Source of the DNA: a virus
DNA length: 64,000 bases
IMG/VR virus record: IMGVR_UViG_3300042569_003487
Location: 77,926-141,925 of that record
Direction: 5' to 3' (one strand)
The position numbers were made by a program, and so were the translations under genes. Each line of letters begins with the position of its first letter. Position 1 is the first letter of the stretch. Shown one piece after another: positions 21,301-29,302 of the stretch. The notes beneath the pieces were generated by a model. That model was given only the letters and a program-made list of their open reading frames with translations. It made no database searches and was not told the origin of the DNA.

Positions 21301-21493
21301 GATGAGAAGTTGGGTCAATTGGATAAGCTTTATACTTATCTTTAGCCAATTCCGTATTTGCATCAATTGATTCAAAAAATAAATTTTGACCAGAATCTAT
21401 TACTAACTTAACATTTCCGGTAAGTTTAGGGTTTGTTCTGACCAATCCAAATGATGTGTCAAAGGGTGTAATCTTTTTATAAGATAATGCCAC
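15368..21493 (-). CDS. Very large putative virion (baseplate/tail) protein, 2041 aa
   Basis: Long ORF with GTG start in a late operon; inserted TGTGIP-type beta modules. Confidence 0.6.
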   Translation of the reverse strand: MALSYKKITPFDTSFGLVRTNPKLTGNVKLVIDSGQNLFFESIDANTELAKDKYKAYPIDPTSHHDSNLYRFFSNGNTPESIVFDVKTNVSLNATSANFADQYDFSEYFSGARYCISKNYSEKFKYFAPIYLNKEIPEKFVIFKIPGASNLPISETKDSYPYNKTTHLASLLNTAQIIKTFDLGVDSNIGKYIKKMQSNQLFPENTLNFPFNRGLLSSYSGIAYKVGCYTEKFENLQELIIGGKTLTDFEEYVTLGYERNSIIYPYILNLEFLFEDSSDDFEFNRYFGMYCNTVDLAELDFDLSDHAALGLNTPGITNPNAYEYAQLQFIQTNSAGLDLKFHSIPQSVSAALTELGGAGILSIEDKSGNLHKISQVDIANSKLKISSKSIDLSLLHGPTETFMEDSADYTKGGIRSFIEITINDIPNHLDQIRIYYPNGKSTNQNSKRYETLSAVSGFSYGGSPVLDALAVYNEFGPDQFFYSVDVVSQEDLETNLHQIAESLTLAINAIQNSGFKAYSQDNRVFIVVNTEGNVSLEYAAQYIPSTDEPKILISDSPEFRKTAAELLGTNNSTTIDLTASDYIVYGEAQPSVNQTNYVLGSLIADAGVKTLTFGIGNLDQTIVIGCPVVNFEPGSALSSHISVDGQYFEKLHANKADILVQSPSGWVEIENIVKSIDYVSENTFTTEVDKIFAVNYYDNNINILTEAGTEALLKFGLVQFKKKFKPNVSALSIIPIKDFDFDHIDSQYASVQLSDVWKSAFIPEGVNMINLGKSAYRVLNGTIKIGSTVYEDGDLIEKTSTSTIVSFSKITGDPFVIPALSTLTPTYDVELAEENPDILDFKGFFTITSDYAELSPTKTNAYIYRDRFTSGKISSEYDSNYERFLLENAGKNRLVKYICKWGADGSLDSRSNPYRLNADTVFGVNNFSPEPNKAEPDSSLMTHEWFYIESLYDYVHDITAASQNKLYFDTPFDPTLAVTQEGYFEDYFIFTPSYLNNSVLTPCARTQYRFSQVKKDKLTGLAKTIFKGIKFVFKEVVPNTTEKELSGALKYVRESNRFNDYRFTSILKVIEDTPYSGENPIQFKFIESRDFKFITLVIELRLNKKVSSLVDSPKSLIVTKTGGLAPTEDHVFNNINNSFADYKININSAPTPAGNKPISDITLAFMYYAKNKKYNTLPASFSSINLVNSFDLSLPTNYGDRGLPFIFSIDKGTDIQIVDEISRVNENSMLSFKDNTSTKVFGTAAFDYYTIEFPIDANGLGSNGQGQAINIVTLPGGTSQGITTTENNSYLASGLSLYPFIKDRLVTSNSIKYSFVNQIAITGSAVTPTPLTASVEAGSSTIILSATPATPILIGAEVGITGWTQFGTTVTAISGTTLTISKPILSNIAKQNQVAELTSGSPDIYLLDGINLDVTSYGDPSGQNYNASNKVYVTGTGIPAGAYIVAVDNTVLDTNGQTRPKITLSANATVTSSPVGIKFFQKAAAASADFYQAEIKHAIATQNRVASASSSLINVIDILELKNTSTGATGYTYPNAQLLASETNSTFNILPYAGDTNKRLLRIIDQVIYRLDNYSGISEILPNGIVMSSNAGIGEMLFTGLPVSKTSAGTTTFNIDKIIKRESTIPSLDTSHWESINFAFLLGGDSYYKGLFKRLSFNDFKRSIERSRSNITYTTYSNGTVSTNEFYIELEEATIVEKLKIPTVSPVNIQLTQADTTSKRQASNLVGYTATESYLQNPIYLRRHGSTYSPIFREITAFMPDTTLNSEEVKDANCKFNPIANRFFEVKGFEHIKVSEKKILELEGNDKYKPMFELIGETPISSGDLYLLASNWDYGFHLEYINKTESVPAFGTRRIAEDSYFMAKLASLPTSIEIDTVTSKEVTEFPSISTDYINRDFDVLYKVNTTDAQLDINLTNVFTKKVMDLGLEAKILSSFNIDPTVRNPELLGAYDFTSYVKQYAIENILPTYAIDQLAIWYVEDKGKPTGLEIVTKTAAERYALGYKKLEGVQINIKNGLAVQLRVPLKTTGKLSLIIEPKMKFI

Positions 21494-21515
21494 GTGATTC
21501 TACTTAATTTTTATA

Positions 21516-24500
21516 TTACATAAAATTAGTGATAGAAGAATTCATGGATAAATCAAATGCTGAGTTTTTAAGAATATCAGTTAAATCTGATATGTAAACT
21601 CCGCCACCGCCTCCGCCACCAGATGAAACTGGCGTAAATATAGTTGGCGATGTAATAATTGTATCACGCTGATGCTTACCACTAACTTGAATATCAAATT
21701 CAAACAATCCACTTTTTGTGTAAATGTCCAATCCGATAATTTTTGTATATGTAATGTTGGTTAATTTTTGACCGGTTGACCAGCCTCCAATTTCACCGAT
21801 TTTATCAGTTGTTCTAAATTGAAAAACTACTGGCACTGTTATTGAAGCAGCCGATCCAGCCATAACTGTACGTTTAGATGATCTAGCGTTTGAACCATCT
21901 ACTGAAATTGATGCATAAGATTGTGGCATCATAAACAAATATGCACCACAGGTCTTTTTACCAATTAAGTAATCATCGCCAGTACCAAATCCCAACTTAA
22001 TTGGAAAAGTATTTAGGGCAGTATATAGCGCTCCGCCATATGCAGATGGCGAAACTGGTGTAACTCTTTCCGCTTGAGCATAATATGGTACGCCAAATTC
22101 GTTTGTTCCAGCTTCGACGCTTGTATTAAAGTGAATAGCTTGAGAAAACGGTAAATACTTTTGAGCAGTACTTGTTATAGTATTATTAGAAAATTCGTAA
22201 ATAGAATTTGTAGTTAATCCTAAGAAAATATTGTTAATTGTTGCAGTAGACGGAGATGCAACTGTACCTAATACAGAAAAATACGGGTGGTCTTTATGAA
22301 TACAAAACTCAGTATAGGTTCCATTTCCTTGACCTACACCATTTGTTACGGAACCGTTCCAAACTTCAATTGCAGATCCTCCAGATGGAATTGATGGTAA
22401 GTAGTGTCCTCCCATATAATTAGGCTTTCCAGAAACTGCGTTTGCTGATTGACTAAACGCATAGTTTTGGTTTGTAAAATATGAAGAAGGATTGGTGTTA
22501 GATCCAAATGCTGATGTATCTAATAGGTCACCATAATACAATCTCTTTCCATTATCTGAGTTATAATATCTAGCATAGACGTATTGGCTTTTTACTTGAG
22601 CAGATTGATATCCTGTTCTTTGAGTAAATGCCGCAAATCCTGCGCTAGCAACTCCATTTAAGTTTAATGGAATCTTATCATATCTTAGATATGCATTGTA
22701 TTGAGTATCTGTGTTTGCTCCTGGGAAAGAAGTTGGTGCAGCAACTCCAATACCTCCACCTAGAGTTGAAACTAGTTCAAGTGGAGTTTGTGAAGCATTT
22801 CTAATCTTTACTTGATATTCCTTTGATACAATTTTTCCCTTATCTAATGCGCCATCTGCTAATTTAGCAGAGTCTACATAATATCCGGCGAATAGATCAA
22901 CCATTTGACCATTTGTAACCTGAACTTCACTTCCTTCTGGTGTAACAATACTAACAATAAGTTCAGCAGTTGCAGTTGAAAGAGATGATTGAATTGCAGA
23001 AAGAGAATCAGCAATTTCCTTTAATTTATCATATAAAGAAATTGCAGTACCGTCTGCTAAGAAAAATCCAGATGCAATTGCATCAGTTGTATGTGAATAG
23101 TATTTGTCTTTACTACTAAACGCGGTTGATAGGTGAAGGTCTAACCCTCTAGCATTAAGTTCTTCTTGTAAAGCAATTCGACTTTCATCTGCCATTGCCT
23201 GTTGAGCAATCAAAGTATTTTCTTCAGACGATTGAATATTTGCTGGAAAATCTATAGTAATAGATTCTGACCAATCCGATTCAACTGGATTATCAGGAAA
23301 ACCTGCTTCAGATAAAGATTTAATTTTAATTTCTACAGATTCCCCTTTTCTAATTGCAATTTCTAATTGGTTAATGTTAACCGAATTTGGATCAGCTACA
23401 TTTTCCTCTGTCCATTCATATAGGCCAGTTGTTGAATTATAAACCTTTTGTTTAGATTTAGTTAAAACTTCTGTCCATGGAGAAAAATATCCAGTACGTT
23501 GAGTTCCAGTAGAATCAGTAAATGTAATAGGATCAGCTGCGGATGCATCTTTATTTGAACTTAAATATCGGTAAGCAATCTTAAACTGCACAGTTTTCTG
23601 TAAGCCATATGGCGAATTAATATCTGCTGGAATTTCCCAAAAACCTCTAACTCTATATTTAGGTGAAATGCTAAACTCAGGAGAAGTTTTTACATTTAAT
23701 GAAAGTTCTTTAACTACAGTTGATAGCTGAGAAAAGGCTTGTGCTCTAGCTGAAGTTTTATTGTTTAAATCAGACTGAGCTTTTAAACGAATTGCATCGT
23801 TTTGGTTACCCGAAGAATTAATAGTTTTCTTAAGAGTATCAATCGATTTATCAAGCTCTCTTAGATTAGAGTTAATTGACTCTTTTTGCGAAACTAGATT
23901 TTTAACAGTTGATGCAGAATCAGTATTTGTTACATGAGAATCAATTTGTAAAACTTTAAAATTTTCAGCATTTAATGCTGGGGCATTCGGTTGAAATCCT
24001 AATGAGTTAGGAAGTTTCTTTTCTTTAGCAAATGATAAAAATAGTAAACCAAAATCTGCTACAAAGTTATTATAGTATTCGTTTAGGGTTAAGTTTTGAC
24101 CAGTTTGTAGAGTAATTTGAAGTTCATTTGTATAAATTCCAAAACCACTAGAAATAAAATCTACAGTTAAGTCCATTTTTGAACTAATTGGTTTGATGAA
24201 AATTACTTCTCTTTCATTATAACCAATATTTACTGCAAGAATAGGTGAACGGTATATTTCCGGTTTAATTCTTAGGTTTTCAAATAAAACAATACCATCT
24301 GAACCAAATACGCGTTTTAAAATAACTGACTTGTCTTTAGTATCAACTGATTCAACTAAATATTCTGAATTTTCTTCAGTAATTAATCTTGAGCCAACTG
24401 ATAATTCTCGGCGCTGTGCCGCTGGAGTAGATCCAGTAACATCAGTATAGTCTAATCTATCTAAAACATACTTTATTTTGCTATAACTTAGGATTTCTCC

Positions 24501-25211
24501 GTTAATTGTTTCAGGAACGGTGATTTCCGATATAGTTTGGACTTTAAAGGTTCCTCTATATCTGTTAATTGCACCAGGTAAATCAACGATATTAGTATCT
24601 TCAAAATAAGAGATTCCATTATTTACTAAATCATTTAGTAAAGTAGTATAGTTGATTGTATTTTTTCCATTATAATTATTATTAAAATACGTAATTAAGT
24701 CAGTATCTTCTCCAACATTAACAATTACTCGACGAACTTCAAACTTAGAAATATCATCAGCCATATAATTGGTTACATCGATTGGAACATATAATAGTGG
24801 GCTAAGGAAACTTTCAAAAAACCAGTTGTTTTTGGTTTTAAATCTAGTCGGTAGGCTAAGCGACGCATCCCCAATTTTCTCTAAATCAGAGATAGTTTGA
24901 GTAATATCATTAAGCTCGAATCTTTTAACATTTCCTTGATCGTCTTTAATTCCAATGGTATTTCCATTTGCATTTATTAAAGTCTTAAATTTAGCATCAA
25001 TTTCCTCAATGCGACCATTCATATAACCAATTGAAGGAATTGGAATAGTCGTACTTGTAGTAGGATCGTCTGTGTTAATTTGAGTAACTTCAACTTGGCT
25101 AGAATTTGTAGTCAGAGCTTGATTCATTTTTGAAATAAGCTCTTGTGCGTTTGCTGACTGTACGCCAAGTGAACCTAGGATCTCTGATAAAGAGTTTGTT
25201 TCTTCAGCCAT
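21516..25211 (-). CDS. Large putative virion structural protein with a coiled coil
   Basis: 1231 aa; heptad segment LVSQKESINSNLRELDKSIDTLKK; FN3-like segment. Confidence 0.55.
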   Translation of the reverse strand: MAEETNSLSEILGSLGVQSANAQELISKMNQALTTNSSQVEVTQINTDDPTTSTTIPIPSIGYMNGRIEEIDAKFKTLINANGNTIGIKDDQGNVKRFELNDITQTISDLEKIGDASLSLPTRFKTKNNWFFESFLSPLLYVPIDVTNYMADDISKFEVRRVIVNVGEDTDLITYFNNNYNGKNTINYTTLLNDLVNNGISYFEDTNIVDLPGAINRYRGTFKVQTISEITVPETINGEILSYSKIKYVLDRLDYTDVTGSTPAAQRRELSVGSRLITEENSEYLVESVDTKDKSVILKRVFGSDGIVLFENLRIKPEIYRSPILAVNIGYNEREVIFIKPISSKMDLTVDFISSGFGIYTNELQITLQTGQNLTLNEYYNNFVADFGLLFLSFAKEKKLPNSLGFQPNAPALNAENFKVLQIDSHVTNTDSASTVKNLVSQKESINSNLRELDKSIDTLKKTINSSGNQNDAIRLKAQSDLNNKTSARAQAFSQLSTVVKELSLNVKTSPEFSISPKYRVRGFWEIPADINSPYGLQKTVQFKIAYRYLSSNKDASAADPITFTDSTGTQRTGYFSPWTEVLTKSKQKVYNSTTGLYEWTEENVADPNSVNINQLEIAIRKGESVEIKIKSLSEAGFPDNPVESDWSESITIDFPANIQSSEENTLIAQQAMADESRIALQEELNARGLDLHLSTAFSSKDKYYSHTTDAIASGFFLADGTAISLYDKLKEIADSLSAIQSSLSTATAELIVSIVTPEGSEVQVTNGQMVDLFAGYYVDSAKLADGALDKGKIVSKEYQVKIRNASQTPLELVSTLGGGIGVAAPTSFPGANTDTQYNAYLRYDKIPLNLNGVASAGFAAFTQRTGYQSAQVKSQYVYARYYNSDNGKRLYYGDLLDTSAFGSNTNPSSYFTNQNYAFSQSANAVSGKPNYMGGHYLPSIPSGGSAIEVWNGSVTNGVGQGNGTYTEFCIHKDHPYFSVLGTVASPSTATINNIFLGLTTNSIYEFSNNTITSTAQKYLPFSQAIHFNTSVEAGTNEFGVPYYAQAERVTPVSPSAYGGALYTALNTFPIKLGFGTGDDYLIGKKTCGAYLFMMPQSYASISVDGSNARSSKRTVMAGSAASITVPVVFQFRTTDKIGEIGGWSTGQKLTNITYTKIIGLDIYTKSGLFEFDIQVSGKHQRDTIITSPTIFTPVSSGGGGGGGVYISDLTDILKNSAFDLSMNSSITNFM

Positions 25212-27340
25212 TATCGTATTCTATCTATTTTAAAGTCCAAGTTTAAAGAATCTGTACAGATTATTTCAAAAATAGGGCGATTATCGCTGGACCAGCCGTA
25301 ATCTGTTAAAACTCCTATTCTTGTATTATATGCTTGAGTAACATTAGAAAAATCTAAATTTGTTGATCTTGCAAGAGCATCTGTTGAAAGTGTGATAGTA
25401 TAACCATTTAGGATAACTGGATCGGCAAACACTAAACGTAGAACTTGACCCTTTTTCCATTGGGTTAGGGTATCATTAACTTTAAGTGTAATGTTTCCAG
25501 TAAGAGTGTGCGAATTTCCAGATTTTTCGTGTCTATAGTAATTAGTAAACGGTACTAACGCAATTGACTGCGCAAGCGAAATATCAAATATTGGAGTAAT
25601 TTCAAAGTTATAATCTGGGGTTTCATTATTAATACTTACCTGATTATTAACTGAGCGACTAACCCCGATTCCGGTTCCACTCTTTACTACATCGGTATTA
25701 TATGCAACCTCTAATGAAGTTTTACCCTGTACAAAATTAGAAAGTTGACCTTCTACATTTGTAATTTTTTCAATAACGTTTTTAGTATTTAAGAATAGTG
25801 CGCTATTTGCTAGAAGAGCCTTTTCTAAGCTAGATAATCTAGCCTCAATATCAGAAGTTTTACTAGTAGTCAATAGACTGGCTTTGGCTTTTTCCCAATC
25901 TGTTTGTAGAGCTGCATATTTTGCAAGCCTATCCTCTTGATTAACCGCAATTGTTTGAAATCTATTCATTAAGTCAACAAATAAATCTAAGCTAAATCCA
26001 GCGTTTGCATTAATGTTTTTAACTGGCTCAATTGCAACATCTTCAATTGAAGTATCAAATTTAACATTTAATTTAAATGCATATGAGTTTCCATTAATTT
26101 TGCTTAATGGATCTGGTTTGTATTTAGTTAATCTTGGAATTTCAAATTCAAGACCATTTGATTGAATCTTATTTAGGAACAAGACTCCATATAGATTTTT
26201 TGCTTTTAATACTTTTGTTACTGGATCAATCACGTCATAATAAACTAAAACTGTGTTAAAGTCAAAGTTTTTATTTTGTACGTTAATATCGTTTAGCGCA
26301 GAAAATGATGTTACTGCATTTTGGGTTGCAACTAAATAGTCAGAAAGTTTAAAATCAATACAAACTCCATCTAGTGTAGATCTGGTGTAACTTATTGTAG
26401 TTGATACGCCACTAGTAACCTTAGTCTTTTTAATCTTTTTATTTACAGCAGTATTATATTTCCAAGCAGTAAGCTGTGTATTATAAGTACCATCTGTATA
26501 GTATGAATTATTAAGGGTTCCTTGAAACCAGTTTTGCGTAGTATATGTGCTACCGCCATATGCGGCTTGTTCTAATGTGACGGTCGAATCATCTAAATCA
26601 TAGAATGCATTTAGACTTAATCCTTGCGGGTGAACGTCTGTATAGTGACGACCAACAATTGTTTCTCTATCTTCCGGTAACTCTGGCGTATGAGTAATCG
26701 TCATATTTGGTCTATAATTAGCATCCTCAACCGAGTTAAACAATATGTATGGAGTTGATCCAGCATTGTTTGGAACATGCAAGTATAATTCGCTATATGA
26801 GTTTTCTTTACCTTTATATGAATTTACAATATCAATTTCTCCAATATATTGGACAACTTTGGAATATGAAGAGCCTACTGTCATATTTTCTTCTGCAAAT
26901 ATTCCAGTTTGAGATGTTTCTAGTGTATTTGCATCTCTCCAGCGAATTGCACCAGATTCCTTTAACCATTTCCAAAAAACTCTCTCTGATACATTGAGAG
27001 GAAGGTCTCTACTATATGAAGTTTGAGAAATTAAAAGAGCTTCTAAATTTAACGCGTAGTTTTGAAAGCTTTGTGCTAAATTGTAATTTTGGTTGCTTTG
27101 ATTATAAAGACCTGGGTCGGTCATTAAAGTTTCACCTTGAGCTTTAAAAAATAGCTTGTTATCTGAAGGAGTTCCGTCTGGAGTTCCAACATTAGGTAAA
27201 TTTAAAAGCACAAAGTTAGAAAACTTAAATTGATTACCACTATTGTTAAATGATAGAGTTAAGTCTTCTAACGAACTTTGAAAGGTGTAAAATATACCCT
27301 TTCTAGTTGTAATAGGTTTTATAATAGGAGCAACTGCCAT
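25211..27340 (-). CDS. Putative virion structural protein
   Basis: 709 aa, stop overlaps the next start; central coiled coil. Confidence 0.55.
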   Translation of the reverse strand: MAVAPIIKPITTRKGIFYTFQSSLEDLTLSFNNSGNQFKFSNFVLLNLPNVGTPDGTPSDNKLFFKAQGETLMTDPGLYNQSNQNYNLAQSFQNYALNLEALLISQTSYSRDLPLNVSERVFWKWLKESGAIRWRDANTLETSQTGIFAEENMTVGSSYSKVVQYIGEIDIVNSYKGKENSYSELYLHVPNNAGSTPYILFNSVEDANYRPNMTITHTPELPEDRETIVGRHYTDVHPQGLSLNAFYDLDDSTVTLEQAAYGGSTYTTQNWFQGTLNNSYYTDGTYNTQLTAWKYNTAVNKKIKKTKVTSGVSTTISYTRSTLDGVCIDFKLSDYLVATQNAVTSFSALNDINVQNKNFDFNTVLVYYDVIDPVTKVLKAKNLYGVLFLNKIQSNGLEFEIPRLTKYKPDPLSKINGNSYAFKLNVKFDTSIEDVAIEPVKNINANAGFSLDLFVDLMNRFQTIAVNQEDRLAKYAALQTDWEKAKASLLTTSKTSDIEARLSSLEKALLANSALFLNTKNVIEKITNVEGQLSNFVQGKTSLEVAYNTDVVKSGTGIGVSRSVNNQVSINNETPDYNFEITPIFDISLAQSIALVPFTNYYRHEKSGNSHTLTGNITLKVNDTLTQWKKGQVLRLVFADPVILNGYTITLSTDALARSTNLDFSNVTQAYNTRIGVLTDYGWSSDNRPIFEIICTDSLNLDFKIDRIR

Positions 27341-27361
27341 TTTGCGCTCTGGGTTTTATTT

Positions 27362-28384
27362 TTAGATGTTATAAACTGCGTTTGAATCTCCAGTTACAAC
27401 AAGTCTTGCTTGGTTAGTTCCCCAAGTTGAAGGTAAGTTTGCACTGTTTTTAACAGTACCTACATTCATTAGAGTAACAGATGAATTAAATAGATTTGTG
27501 CTTAATCCAACTGCCCATTGTGAAGCAAGCGTAGTATGAGTCGAATCTAGTCCTACTGCATCTTGATCCATTATTGCAAAATCTTGTCCTATAATTCTAA
27601 TTTTATGCGTAGCTGAGTTTGCCGCAGCAAAAGTTTCATAAGTTCCGCTTACGTGAGTTGTGGTACCACCAGTAGTATAGGTAATTGCTCGTACCATAAT
27701 TTTAAATTCTTGACCTGGTCTTATTGGAGAGTTTGTATCGTTTATTAGAACAATATCAATACCATCTGTAATGGTGCTCTGGAAAGCACTTCCACTATAA
27801 AATGAGCTAGCGTCTAGAGTTAATATAATTAAGGATTTGCTTGTTGCAGTTAGAGTAACTTCGGCTTTTGCACGGTTTGCACCAGATACCGCGACTAGAT
27901 TTTTTGTAACGTCTTCCTTACTATTAGAGAAGCTTCCAGTAATATTAACTGAACCAGCTAAGTTAGATTGACCGTTTGCTGTAATTGCTCCGGTAAAAGT
28001 TGATGTACCAGAGATAGCAAGGCCAGCTGAAGTAATTGAAGAGTTAGCGACTAAGGTTCCGGTTGTAATTTTACCTACAAGAGCACTGTTAACAGTTTCA
28101 GTTTCAAATTTAATTAAATCTGCAGTACCATTTACATTTTTAAAATATAACTGTCCGTTTTGAATAGTTAATACCCTTGTTTTTAACTCAGTTAGTGGAG
28201 TTAGGGTAGAATCTGGGTCAACTCCGATCTTTTTATCAGAAAGATCAATTTTTAAGTTGTTAATTAGATCTTCTAGTTTACTCTTAAGCAATCCAACATT
28301 GCTATTTGAGATAATACGCATATCTGAAACATACGTGGTTTCTAGAATTTCTTGTGTTGATAGTGATAGTGCAACAAAAGCCAT
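27362..28384 (-). CDS. Putative fibre/baseplate-associated structural protein
   Basis: First gene after a late promoter; fibre-like SGTSTFTGAITANG repeats. Confidence 0.55.
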   Translation of the reverse strand: MAFVALSLSTQEILETTYVSDMRIISNSNVGLLKSKLEDLINNLKIDLSDKKIGVDPDSTLTPLTELKTRVLTIQNGQLYFKNVNGTADLIKFETETVNSALVGKITTGTLVANSSITSAGLAISGTSTFTGAITANGQSNLAGSVNITGSFSNSKEDVTKNLVAVSGANRAKAEVTLTATSKSLIILTLDASSFYSGSAFQSTITDGIDIVLINDTNSPIRPGQEFKIMVRAITYTTGGTTTHVSGTYETFAAANSATHKIRIIGQDFAIMDQDAVGLDSTHTTLASQWAVGLSTNLFNSSVTLMNVGTVKNSANLPSTWGTNQARLVVTGDSNAVYNI

Positions 28385-28404
28385 TTGTTTTTTCTATTTT
28401 TTGT

Positions 28405-28412
28405 TATTTATT
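28405..28412 (-). promoter_or_regulatory. Late promoter AATAAATA inside a 13-bp perfect inverted repeat
   Basis: Arms 28391-28403 and 28460-28472. Confidence 0.7.
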
Positions 28413-28477
28413 AGTAGAGTGTCGCCTCACAAATAATGGACGACTAGCCTTCTTGTACTCAAAAAATAGAAACTGGC

Positions 28478-29302
28478 TTACGGATTACTTAAATTTATTG
28501 TAGAGCCGTCATTTCGATTAATTATCGTACCATCTGATAGGATTTCATAATCGTTGAAGTTAATATCTATCATCTGAGAATCGGCATTTAGTGTATTTTT
28601 TGCTAAACTTGAAGTAATTTCTCTTGAATTTAAACTGTTTTCGATATAATCTATGTAGGCTTCTTTAGATAGAACCTTTACGAATTGACTAGATGGCAGC
28701 GGGTGTTCATTGCCCCAAAGATCAATTACTGTACCAGATATTTCATATTCGCCAATTTTATCGAATCTCCAAATAAAGGTCCAGCCTGCTTCAACCTCAA
28801 TTATGGTTTTTGGAGCAGACCCTGCAGTTATATCAGTTAATTTCCAAAAAACTTTAGCTTTTCCCATAACCTCCCTGGCTGAGATAAACACAGGAAGATG
28901 TGTTGGAACAGTCAATCGATCAGTCGCAATTTTTAATTCTGATACGTCTAAGGAATTTTTGGTAAAAAATGATGGAATAAATCCAACCTGTTTTCCATCT
29001 TTATATGAAATAAAACCTCGGTTTTTCCAGTATTCTGGCTCAGAAACTTTTCTAGTTACCTCGACTCCATTTTCAATAAATTTTCTTCCATATATTTGAT
29101 CGTTAAGTGGTGCATATACCATAAGATTCTCAACATCAAACTCTGGAATAACTCCATATAATTTTAGTTGTTCAAGGTTTCCCATTTGTTCCTTTGAATA
29201 AGTATCAACTGGTTCATAATAAGAGTACTTATTTGCAGAAGTAAATGTAACATTTGCACTAGGTAATCCAATTGTCGATATATTAATATAAGTTATTGGC
29301 AT
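28478..29302 (-). CDS. Putative structural protein with a PKD/Ig-like segment
   Basis: FIWRFDKIGEYEISGTVIDLWGN resembles a PKD strand pattern. Confidence 0.5.
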   Translation of the reverse strand: MPITYINISTIGLPSANVTFTSANKYSYYEPVDTYSKEQMGNLEQLKLYGVIPEFDVENLMVYAPLNDQIYGRKFIENGVEVTRKVSEPEYWKNRGFISYKDGKQVGFIPSFFTKNSLDVSELKIATDRLTVPTHLPVFISAREVMGKAKVFWKLTDITAGSAPKTIIEVEAGWTFIWRFDKIGEYEISGTVIDLWGNEHPLPSSQFVKVLSKEAYIDYIENSLNSREITSSLAKNTLNADSQMIDINFNDYEILSDGTIINRNDGSTINLSNP

